Origin: Kiritimatiellia bacterium
GTDB lineage: Bacteria > Verrucomicrobiota > Kiritimatiellia > RFP12 > UBA1067
Direction of reading: 5' to 3'
NCBI GenBank assembly: GCA_046482825.1
Contig: JAWOEI010000093.1
Coordinates: forward strand, 1-53,100
Length of the DNA: 53,100 bases
Shown here: positions 40,142 to 51,062 of the stretch, one piece after another
How positions within the stretch are numbered: the stretch's first letter is position 1
Layout of the letters: each line of letters begins with the position of its first letter
Position numbers and translations under genes: made by a program
The notes under the pieces: generated by a model
What the model was told of the DNA's origin: nothing
What the model saw: only the letters and a program-made list of their open reading frames with translations
Databases searched by the model: none

Positions 40142-41179
40142 ATGCCTACTTTAGTAACACCACTTGCCCTTCTGCTGTTGATCCCCTGGCTGATTGCAGT
40201 CTGGCGGCTTTATCGTACCGGACGCAGAGCAGGCATCCTTTTTGCACCTGCCTCCCGTCTGCCAACCAGAACCGCCGGCTGGCGCGTAACCGCAGCCTTC
40301 GGCCTGCCCGCGGTTTTCCTGCTGGGCACGCTGCTGCTGATAATCGCGGCGGCCAGACCGCGCACAACCCTATCCAGAAGTACACGGTCTGTAGATGCTC
40401 TTGCGATTGAAATGGTTGTCGATGTGTCCGGTTCCATGGAAGCGCTTGATCTTTCCCCGAACAATGATTTTTCAAAAACACGACTTGACGTGGTTAAAGA
40501 GATGTTTGCTAAATTCATTGATGTCCGCCCCGACGATTTAATCGGTCTCGTTACTTTCGGGGGTTATGCATCAACCCGCGCTCCTCTCACAGCCGATCAC
40601 CGCGCACTGAAACATGTGCTGCAGGGCGTGGAAATACCCAGACCCATGATGGACAACGCAGGCAATGTGACAGACAGAGAGGAAACTCTGACTGCCGTCG
40701 GCGACGGTCTTTCAACCGGCGTTGCCCGACTCGTCGATGCTGAACCTCAGACACGTATTATCATTCTGCTATCTGACGGGGAATCCAACACAGGCATTAT
40801 TACACCAGAGCAGGCCGCCGAAGCAGCTGCAAAAATGAATATACGTGTTTATTCAATCGGCGTGGGCTCCAACAATCGCACTCCTTTCAAAACCCGCGAC
40901 ATGTTCGGACGTGAAAGAATTTCCTATGCAAATGCCACTTACGACGAAACACAGCTCAAAAACATAGCGGCAGCAACAGGCGGACGTTTCTTCAGTGTCC
41001 GCGACAATGAAGGCTTGCAGACCGCGTTAAAAGAAATCAACGAACTGGAAACAACTGAAATCGAGCGCCATGTTTACGAACGTTATGACGAGCATTTTGT
41101 GCCGTTCCTGCTGCTTGGCGCCATGCTTACCACACTCGCTCTGACTATGAATATGCATCTGACACGCAGAATGCTTTAA
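40142..41179 (+). CDS. batA: BatA-like VWA domain membrane protein
   Basis: AAARP, MIDAS DVSGSM, DLIGLVTFG, PLTAD, TAVGDG, LLSDGESN, TGGRFF and INELE. Confidence 0.85.
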   Translation: MPTLVTPLALLLLIPWLIAVWRLYRTGRRAGILFAPASRLPTRTAGWRVTAAFGLPAVFLLGTLLLIIAAARPRTTLSRSTRSVDALAIEMVVDVSGSMEALDLSPNNDFSKTRLDVVKEMFAKFIDVRPDDLIGLVTFGGYASTRAPLTADHRALKHVLQGVEIPRPMMDNAGNVTDREETLTAVGDGLSTGVARLVDAEPQTRIIILLSDGESNTGIITPEQAAEAAAKMNIRVYSIGVGSNNRTPFKTRDMFGRERISYANATYDETQLKNIAAATGGRFFSVRDNEGLQTALKEINELETTEIERHVYERYDEHFVPFLLLGAMLTTLALTMNMHLTRRML

Positions 41180-41232
41180 CCGGTTGGATCTGCATTCGCG
41201 TTATTTGCAGTTAAAAAAAGGATCAATAATCA

Positions 41233-43806
<2,574 letters not shown>

Positions 43807-43861
43807 CAGGATAAACTGGATTTCTTCAGCCTTAATTACAGTCACTGCCGGACCGAAACAA

Positions 43862-45769
43862 ATGTTACGAAAACTCATATATATTCTGATTGCAAGCGCA
43901 TTTTTACCAATGCCGGTTTCAGCTGAAGTCTCGCTTGATCTCAAATGTTCGCGTGCAAAAATATTTCTCGGGGAGAGTTTCAACATAACGCTTTCCGTCA
44001 ATGGAGCAGATAAAGACATTCAGAAACCTGATTTTTCAACAAGTGACCCGGCTGAAATAACTTTTCTGGGATCCCATAGTAACAGCCGCTCTTCCATACA
44101 GATTGTCAACGGGAAGTTTTCCAGACAGGTTTTCCGGGGGCGTGTTTTATCATATGCGCTCAAACCGGAAAAAGCCGGTGTATTCCGAACCGGTTCAATC
44201 AAAATAAACGTCAATAACAAAACTGTCTCTCATCCCGGAACATCAGTACTCGTCAAAAAAATTGAAAAGCAGAACAACGTTATTGTTTCTGTTGATGCAT
44301 CATCCAAATCAGTACTTGTCGAAGAACCTTTCGATATAAAGCTTTCCATTGCTGTCAGGGAGCTTCCGGATCCCTACTGCCAGCATAATGAACCTGTCCA
44401 CCCCGGCCATCTGCCTCATATAACCGCCGGATTTCTGGAAATAAAAGACGAAAAAGACACACTGATACGTCCTGACCTGAATGAAATATTAAGTGATCTT
44501 ATTGATCAGAGCGGACGTCAGCCCGCTTTCCGGATTAATGATTATAAAAGCCGAGGCATGAGTTTCGGATCCTTTTTTAATTCAGATCCCTTCCAGTCAC
44601 GCCCTCTGCGCTTCCGACTGAAACAGGAAAAGAAAAAAATCAACAATATCCCGTACCGGGTTTACTCCCTTACGCTTCCTTATACAGCCACAGGCGAAGG
44701 TGAACACGTCTTCGGACCGGTTACCTTCAAAGGAAAAATAATCAGTAATGTAAAAGAAAACCGTCAGGCCGAGTTGAAAGACATCTATACGGTCGGTCCG
44801 GCAGTGACTGTGCGTGTAATACCGCCACCGGATGAAGGACGTCCCGAGGAATTTATCGGCTCAGTAGGTAAAAATATCACTGTTCACGCCCGTCTTGACA
44901 CATCCGTCTGCAAAGTCGGAGATCCGCTTACACTTACTCTGGAAATCGCAGGCGATATAAGCATCTCCAATATGCGTACACCTATTTTAAATCTTCAGGA
45001 GAATCTGACGAAGGATTTCAGAATTTATGATGAGAATGTCAAAACTGAAACATTGGAAAACGGCAAACGCTTTATTTATCGGGTACGCCCTACAAAATCC
45101 GGCACCCTCGAGTTTCCCCCTGTCAAAATATCCTACTATGACACGGATGAAAACCGATATAAAACCATTACAACAAGTCCCCTGCCCATTCAGGCGGAGT
45201 CCACGACGCAGGTGTCGGCTGGAAGCGATAATTATGCTGACAGCGACGTAATAGAAATAAAAAAGGCGCTTCCCCTGCCCTGCGGTATAACACTTACGGA
45301 TTACGGTCTGTCCAGAGCATCATTGCTTCCCGCAAAATGGACACTTATGATTCTGGTTTTTCTCCCCCCCCTGCTTTTTATCACTACACTGCTGTACCCC
45401 GGATTGATCAGAGTCAGAAGGAAGATAACGACTCACAGTAAACGCACAGGAGCCCTCTCACGGGCGGTAAAAAGAATCCGCCGTGCTTCAACCGCCGAAG
45501 AAATTTCCAAAGCAATACGCGCATGGTTCACAGACCGTCTGAATGCCCCCGGACATTCCCTGACATCCCGCGAAAGTGAAGAGCTTCTCAGGACACAAGG
45601 TGTATCTGAAAAAATCCGCTCAGGCATAAGTTCACTTATAACCGAGCTGGATGAAGCCATGTATCATCCTGAAGCCGAAATTGAACTTCCGAAGCGGCGC
45701 TGTGCGGATCTGCTCAGAAAAGCGGAAAACGATCTTACTGCGAAGTCAACTGACAGGAAGGATATCTGA
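43862..45769 (+). CDS. batD: BatD family protein
   Basis: Signal peptide, repeated Ig-like modules (GESFNITLSV, VEEPFDIKLSI, VGDPLTLTLEI), PDEGRPEEFIGSVG and C-terminal TM. Confidence 0.82.
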   Translation: MLRKLIYILIASAFLPMPVSAEVSLDLKCSRAKIFLGESFNITLSVNGADKDIQKPDFSTSDPAEITFLGSHSNSRSSIQIVNGKFSRQVFRGRVLSYALKPEKAGVFRTGSIKINVNNKTVSHPGTSVLVKKIEKQNNVIVSVDASSKSVLVEEPFDIKLSIAVRELPDPYCQHNEPVHPGHLPHITAGFLEIKDEKDTLIRPDLNEILSDLIDQSGRQPAFRINDYKSRGMSFGSFFNSDPFQSRPLRFRLKQEKKKINNIPYRVYSLTLPYTATGEGEHVFGPVTFKGKIISNVKENRQAELKDIYTVGPAVTVRVIPPPDEGRPEEFIGSVGKNITVHARLDTSVCKVGDPLTLTLEIAGDISISNMRTPILNLQENLTKDFRIYDENVKTETLENGKRFIYRVRPTKSGTLEFPPVKISYYDTDENRYKTITTSPLPIQAESTTQVSAGSDNYADSDVIEIKKALPLPCGITLTDYGLSRASLLPAKWTLMILVFLPPLLFITTLLYPGLIRVRRKITTHSKRTGALSRAVKRIRRASTAEEISKAIRAWFTDRLNAPGHSLTSRESEELLRTQGVSEKIRSGISSLITELDEAMYHPEAEIELPKRRCADLLRKAENDLTAKSTDRKDI

Positions 45770-45770
45770 A

Positions 45771-46496
45771 ATGTCTGCAACATACCTGCACACTCACAGT
45801 TTGCATGGATTGTCTTATGCATTCCGCATTTTACATACTTTGTTTCGTATTCTGCCTGCCGCTATCTTTATCTGCATTGCGGCATATACCGCTTCTGCGG
45901 AAAACACTGTTGAACGCTTTATCTGGAATCAGGCCAATACCCGGATGATGCATGCAGCATCTCCTAAAGATTATCTGCAAGCTGCGCAGGGCTATCGGCG
46001 GCTCCTCCGCAAAGACATCTGTAATCCAGCGCTGCTCAATAACCTGGGATGCGCTCTCACAATGGGCGGCGATTATGAAAATGCCCTGAAAGCTTTTCGT
46101 CACGCGGAACAGTACTCAGGCACCACACCTGAAACCGCACAGGGAATATCAGCCGCTGTCTGCCGGCGGGACAAGCTCCCCGTTACACAGCTCCCCTGGC
46201 ATCGCACCGCCTTCTTCTGGCACTACAGGCTTTCCACCCGTATGAGAATTATGACAGCCCTTGCTGGCTGGGCTGTTATGTGGCTTGGATTTCTCTTTTA
46301 TCTTCTCCGGAAAAAAAATAAAAAAAGAGAGCTCAACATTTTTCTGAACTTCTCTGAAACTTTAATTGCAACCGGAGCTTTGATGTTTCTGCTTTCAGGC
46401 ACATCTTCCTGCTTTTCCCTTTTTCAGGAAAAACAGGATATGTCCTACTGGCAGAACGCTGAGTTTTCTGCCCCGGAAATCGAGGAGGCCCTGTAA
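45771..46496 (+). CDS. TPR-containing membrane protein (BatE-like, lacking the SH3 domain)
   Basis: DYLQAAQGYRRLL, LLNNLGCALTMGGDYENAL, FFWH and two TM segments. ATG lies 2 nt after the batD stop. Confidence 0.7.
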   Translation: MSATYLHTHSLHGLSYAFRILHTLFRILPAAIFICIAAYTASAENTVERFIWNQANTRMMHAASPKDYLQAAQGYRRLLRKDICNPALLNNLGCALTMGGDYENALKAFRHAEQYSGTTPETAQGISAAVCRRDKLPVTQLPWHRTAFFWHYRLSTRMRIMTALAGWAVMWLGFLFYLLRKKNKKRELNIFLNFSETLIATGALMFLLSGTSSCFSLFQEKQDMSYWQNAEFSAPEIEEAL

Positions 46497-46497
46497 A

Positions 46498-47859
46498 ATG
46501 CGGCAGACAGAACATAAAATGCTGAATTTTCAACAGAAGCTCAGAACAATACTCCGTCACATAACAGGCGTATCTGCATCACGGCATTCACGTTCCCCTT
46601 TTATAATTCTGCTTTCCACAATTTTTCTTCAGTGCTCTGCCTTTTGCGGGTTTGCTGAAATTTACAGCGCAGAGGTCTATACACAGCCGGATAAAATATA
46701 TGTGAACCAGCCTTTCAAGCTGATTCTGGAGATAAGCCTTTCACGTGGACAGGATATCGACAACATCCGCATACAGGATCTGCCCAACGATCCTGATTTT
46801 ATCACACTGGAGCCGCTTAAACAGGAAAGGGTACGCAAAACCAGACGCCTTGAAAACGGTGAAGTTGCTGATATTATGCGTTTCCAGGCTGATGCGCTGT
46901 GTCATAAAAGAGTTTCCCGTAATTACAATCCCTTAATGCGTTGTGATATTGTGGAGCGAAAATCAAGAGGATTCTTCTCTTTTTCAAGTTCCAGCCGCAG
47001 AGAAATCCGGATTTCACCTTTTACTCTCTCTGTTCTTGAATTGCCTGAGCATGGGCGGCCGGATAATTTCAGCGGTGCAGTCGGTCAATTCAGATTAAAG
47101 GGAAATCTTTCTAAAACAGCAGTTCGGCCGGGTGACATAATAACGCTTTCACTGGAATTGACAGGCTCAGGATTTACGGAAGATGCCCCGGCCCCGAATC
47201 CGGGAAAAGCGGATCAATTCAAGTCTTATCCCCCCAAGGAAATAATACGTGAAAAAAACCTGATCCGAACAGAGCAGATTTATATACCCAAAAGCACCAA
47301 TGCCGTAGCCATACCTCCAGCCCGATTCAACTATTTCAACCCGAAAAGCGGACAATATGAAGTCTGTTCAACCAGCCCCTTTGAAATCACTTTTACAGCA
47401 GTCGAGAATGCTTCCCGGACAAATCGTATTGATGTCATATCATCCGCTGAATCTTCCACAGCTGCGCCTGTCAGAGCAAAAAGTATATCAAAAGAGGTTA
47501 ACACCGTTTTTCACCGAATCCTGCCTGTTGTTATTGCCTGCCTTACCTTGCTGGCGGCATCATTCATATTCCTGAGTCTCGTGAAAATCAATAAATGGGC
47601 CGCAGCCGTCAGCGCGGCGCTCACCATCGCTCTAGGCGGTTTTCTGATGATAAAGGCCTCACGCTATGAAGCCGCCGAAACGGTTTTACTCAGGACTGCT
47701 GCGCAGGTTTACCTGGCTCCATCCCGCAATGCGCCGTCCATTATGCATCTCCCGGAATCAGCTGAAGTCATCCCTCTGGAAAGCACTGAGTGCTGGACAC
47801 GTATTGAAGCTGACAGACATCGCGGATGGATTGAAAACGAAAGATTAAAAGAAAACTGA
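46498..47859 (+). CDS. Second BatD-family protein with TM hairpin and C-terminal SH3b-like domain
   Basis: IYVNQPFKL, LPEHGRPDNFSGAVGQF, PGDIITLSL, FNYFNP, then VYLAPS...WTRIEADRHRGWIE. Confidence 0.78.
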   Translation: MRQTEHKMLNFQQKLRTILRHITGVSASRHSRSPFIILLSTIFLQCSAFCGFAEIYSAEVYTQPDKIYVNQPFKLILEISLSRGQDIDNIRIQDLPNDPDFITLEPLKQERVRKTRRLENGEVADIMRFQADALCHKRVSRNYNPLMRCDIVERKSRGFFSFSSSSRREIRISPFTLSVLELPEHGRPDNFSGAVGQFRLKGNLSKTAVRPGDIITLSLELTGSGFTEDAPAPNPGKADQFKSYPPKEIIREKNLIRTEQIYIPKSTNAVAIPPARFNYFNPKSGQYEVCSTSPFEITFTAVENASRTNRIDVISSAESSTAAPVRAKSISKEVNTVFHRILPVVIACLTLLAASFIFLSLVKINKWAAAVSAALTIALGGFLMIKASRYEAAETVLLRTAAQVYLAPSRNAPSIMHLPESAEVIPLESTECWTRIEADRHRGWIENERLKEN

Positions 47860-47874
47860 TCAGGATATGGCATT

Positions 47875-48678
47875 ATGAACACCAAAACAGATTTTCCTCT
47901 CCCCCCACAGCAGATGCTCTCTGTTGCCACACTGGCGGCGAGACGCGCCGGTGAACATGTAATGAACAATCTGCACCGCCGCGATGATTTTGATTCCAAC
48001 CTGCGTAGCGACGTCAAACATAAACTGGATGTCGAGGCACAGGATACAGCGGAAGCTGTGATAAAAGATATTTTTCCCGCCCACGCTATACTCGGGGAAG
48101 AGACCTGTGATCAACCGCTGGACAAATCCGACTGGCTGTGGATTATCGATCCTATTGACGGCACAATCAACTTTTTCCACGGACTTCCCTGGTGGTGCTG
48201 CAGCATAGCTCTGCGCTTTAAAGGCCAAACCATTGCCGGATCAGTTTATATACCTGAAATGGATATGATATTTGAAGCGACCTGTGACGGCCCGGCACTA
48301 TGCAACGGAAGACCTGTACATGTTTCCGGCACACAGGATCTCTCGCTTTCGGTACTGGCAACCGGTGCGGATAAATGGGACCTGGACAAACGCGCTTTCC
48401 GCTTCATGAAAAAAGTTTCTGAAATGGCACAGCGTCCACGTATTCTCGGCGCCGCTGCTTTGGATATGTGCATGGTGGCATCAGGCAGGATTGACGGGTA
48501 TTTTGAATCCGGTATCTACACATGGGACATGGCTGCCGGAGCCTTAATTGTTGAACAGGCCGGCGGCAGAACCGATATATTGCGCCAGTATCCCGCCCAC
48601 CGCATGGCTTTTCTAGCAACAAACGGACACCTGCATGATCAATGCAGGGTCCAGCTGCAACCTATGCTTGGAGAATAA
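47875..48678 (+). CDS. suhB: Inositol monophosphatase family protein (SuhB-like)
   Basis: ILGEE, WIIDPIDGTINF, GAAALDMC and WDMAAG. Confidence 0.85.
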   Translation: MNTKTDFPLPPQQMLSVATLAARRAGEHVMNNLHRRDDFDSNLRSDVKHKLDVEAQDTAEAVIKDIFPAHAILGEETCDQPLDKSDWLWIIDPIDGTINFFHGLPWWCCSIALRFKGQTIAGSVYIPEMDMIFEATCDGPALCNGRPVHVSGTQDLSLSVLATGADKWDLDKRAFRFMKKVSEMAQRPRILGAAALDMCMVASGRIDGYFESGIYTWDMAAGALIVEQAGGRTDILRQYPAHRMAFLATNGHLHDQCRVQLQPMLGE

Positions 48679-48761
48679 ACAGGTGATCAGACGGTGTGGC
48701 ATGTAAAACGGCTACTGCAGGAAGAAGCGCGTAATGCGTCAGGCTGCTGCATATAGAACAT

Positions 48762-49577
48762 TCAGAATCGTCCCATCGCCGCAAACTTCTGATATCTCTG
48801 TTCCAGCAAATCTTCTATCTCAATTGCTTTAAGTGTTTTGAGCTCCGCAAGAATTGCTTTTTTAACAAAGTTGATTGCTGTCGATGGTTTTTTATGGGCG
48901 CCGCCAGCTGGCTCTTTGATGATGGAGTCTATTATTTTAAGTTCAAGCAGATCCCCGGCAGTAATTTTAAGTGCTTCAGCCGCCTCGGGAGCTTTTTTAC
49001 CGTCACGCCAGAGGATAGAAGCGCAACCTTCAGGTGAAATAACCGAATAAACTGCATTCTGCATCATCAAAACGCGGTCACCTACAGCTATACCCAAAGC
49101 TCCGCCGCTACCGCCTTCACCGCACACTATTACAATAACCGGAGTTTTAAGACGCGCCATAAATTCAAGGTTATGCGCAATGGCTTCGGCCTGACCGCGT
49201 GCTTCAGCCTCTTCACCAGGATAGGCACCGGGAGTATCCACTAAAGAGACGACCGGTAGCCCGTATTTCTCCGCGAGCTTCATCAGCCGCATAGCCTTGC
49301 GGTAGCCTTCAGGGCTGGCCATACCGAAATTCGCTTCGATATTTTCTTCCACACCCTTGCCTTTGCGGTGCCCCACAAGCACAACCTTTTCACCGCCTAT
49401 TGTGGCAAAACCTCCTATAAGACCGCGGTCGTCCCCGAAAAGACGATCCCCGTGAAGTTCTGTAAAATCATCACACATGCCTTCAATATAGGCTGCGATA
49501 TGAGGTCTGTCTGCATGCCTGGCCTCCTGGACAATATCCCAAGTGGTCATTTTTTTTGTCGCTTTTTTCTTAGCCAT
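48762..49577 (-). CDS. accA: Acetyl-CoA carboxylase carboxyltransferase alpha subunit (short form)
   Basis: ARHADRP, ELHGDR, NFGMASPEGYRKA, DTPGAYPG, GEGGSGGAL and YSVISPEGCASILW. Confidence 0.95.
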   Translation of the reverse strand: MAKKKATKKMTTWDIVQEARHADRPHIAAYIEGMCDDFTELHGDRLFGDDRGLIGGFATIGGEKVVLVGHRKGKGVEENIEANFGMASPEGYRKAMRLMKLAEKYGLPVVSLVDTPGAYPGEEAEARGQAEAIAHNLEFMARLKTPVIVIVCGEGGSGGALGIAVGDRVLMMQNAVYSVISPEGCASILWRDGKKAPEAAEALKITAGDLLELKIIDSIIKEPAGGAHKKPSTAINFVKKAILAELKTLKAIEIEDLLEQRYQKFAAMGRF

Positions 49578-49612
49578 TAGATTTACCCGTAAATTGTTTT
49601 TTCTGTTTGAAA

Positions 49613-50443
49613 TTAAAACCCGGTATAGAGAAGAACTTTACCCAGAAAAGCTTTCAACTCACTGCGGGGCACAATGTGATCTATAAAACCGTGTTCCATC
49701 ATATATTCAGCTGTCTGAAAGTCATCCGGCAGTTTCTGTCTGATGGTCTGTTCAATCACACGACGACCGGCAAAACCTATGAGAGCTTTCGGTTCTGCAA
49801 TGTTAAGATCGCCGACCATAGCGTAACTTGCGGATACCCCGCCTGTTGTCGGATCTGTCAACACAGAAAGATAGGGAAGTCCGGCTTCTTTCAGCTTACC
49901 GATTGCCGCGCAGGTTTTAGCCATCTGCATCAGAGATACAATCCCCTCATGCATACGGGCACCGCCGGATGCGGAAACTATCACAAGAGGAATCTTCAGC
50001 GCAATGGCTTTCTCTGTTGCCAGCAGAACCCTCTCACCCGTACCGCTACCGAGACTTCCTCCCATAAACTTGAAATCCATCACACCGAGCACAATCCTCG
50101 AACCGTCAATTTTGCAGGTGCCTGTCAGAATTGATTCATTGATGCCTGATTTTTCAGCGGCGGATTTAGCTTTGTCAGCATATGTCCCCTTTGCATCTTT
50201 GAACTTTAAAGGATCGTTAACTCCCACCGACGCGTTGAATTCGCGGAATGTTCCCTTGTCCGCAAGCAGTTTTACGCGCTCAAGACAGGTAAGACGGGCA
50301 TGATAATTGCATGATGGACATACCTTGCAAGCTACCTCCCATTTTTCCTTAACCACATAGGCTTTGCACCTGGGGCAGACTGTCCATATCGCTTCGGATG
50401 GAACCCGCAACGGGTTTTCAACAGGACTTTCAAACCATGACAT
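49613..50443 (-). CDS. accD: Acetyl-CoA carboxylase carboxyltransferase beta subunit
   Basis: C4 zinc finger CPRC...CPSC, FMGGSLG, SGGARMHEG, DPTTGGVSAS and FQTAE. Confidence 0.95.
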   Translation of the reverse strand: MSWFESPVENPLRVPSEAIWTVCPRCKAYVVKEKWEVACKVCPSCNYHARLTCLERVKLLADKGTFREFNASVGVNDPLKFKDAKGTYADKAKSAAEKSGINESILTGTCKIDGSRIVLGVMDFKFMGGSLGSGTGERVLLATEKAIALKIPLVIVSASGGARMHEGIVSLMQMAKTCAAIGKLKEAGLPYLSVLTDPTTGGVSASYAMVGDLNIAEPKALIGFAGRRVIEQTIRQKLPDDFQTAEYMMEHGFIDHIVPRSELKAFLGKVLLYTGF

Positions 50444-50539
50444 AACTGTAATCTCCTTATTGTCACTGAAATTCGGGCTAACATTAGCATAATCCGTGTA
50501 AATGTTGCAAGCATGAGCACCATGCCTTCAAAAAATGGT

Positions 50540-50654
50540 GCGCATCTGCGATTATGTTGCGCGGCGGGGTCACGGATCCCGCCCTACAGTAAAAATGCAT
50601 TAGAACTGTAGCCGAGGTCCTTGACCTCGGAAGATGTATGATGCAAATTGCCGT
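50540..50654. repeat. Composite GTAG-family REP-like unit, copy 2 (uninterrupted)
   Basis: Reverse REP GGCGGGGTCACGGATCCCGCC-CTAC, 20-bp spacer, forward REP GTAG-CCGAGGTC-CTT-GACCTCGG. 50585-50649 is identical to 1346-1410. Confidence 0.85.
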
Positions 50655-50948
50655 CAAGTGATTCAATCCGGATTCTTTCCTCCAAATCAAAGTGTTTACC
50701 TCCGCGATGTTTTTTGACACAATTTGTCTGCTCCATAGGCCTCCTGGTATTTTGGTTTTCATATGACTTTATAAAACCAGTTTTTGGCCTGTGGAGCACT
50801 TCTTTTTTTCGGCCGACCCCCATGGGAGTCACTTCGGAAGTTCTCCCAAAGCGCCCTTCGGGCTCTTCGGGGCCCGGGAAATCCTTCGTTTCTCTGTTCC
50901 TTGTCCCGACTTTTGGAAAAGCGTGCGTTTTATTATGCACTTCAGGCC
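50650..50948 (-). mobile_element. IS30-family remnant: left end plus the first ~27 codons of the transposase
   Basis: ATG 50736 with strong GGAGG gives MEQTNCVKKHRGGKHFDLEERIRIESL, resembling the IS30 N-terminal HTH (KHL..EER..IE). Minus-strand GGCCTGAAGTGCATAATAAAACGCAC at ~50948-50923 resembles IS30-type terminal IRs. The reading frame then runs into the REP unit. Confidence 0.65.
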
Positions 50949-51062
50949 AGGATGATTGCCCAGTAAAATTTATTGCATTATCCTCAAAGTATGCTATCGT
51001 GATGTAATAATGAATAAAAGGAATCTGAAAATGAAAATCATAAAAAGAAATATTTTTTTCTA

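Noticed and set aside
48762-49577. accA as an N-terminally truncated pseudogene
   Set aside because: Short AccA forms lacking the N-terminal helical segment are known, for example in Firmicutes. All catalytic motifs are intact and the gene follows accD.
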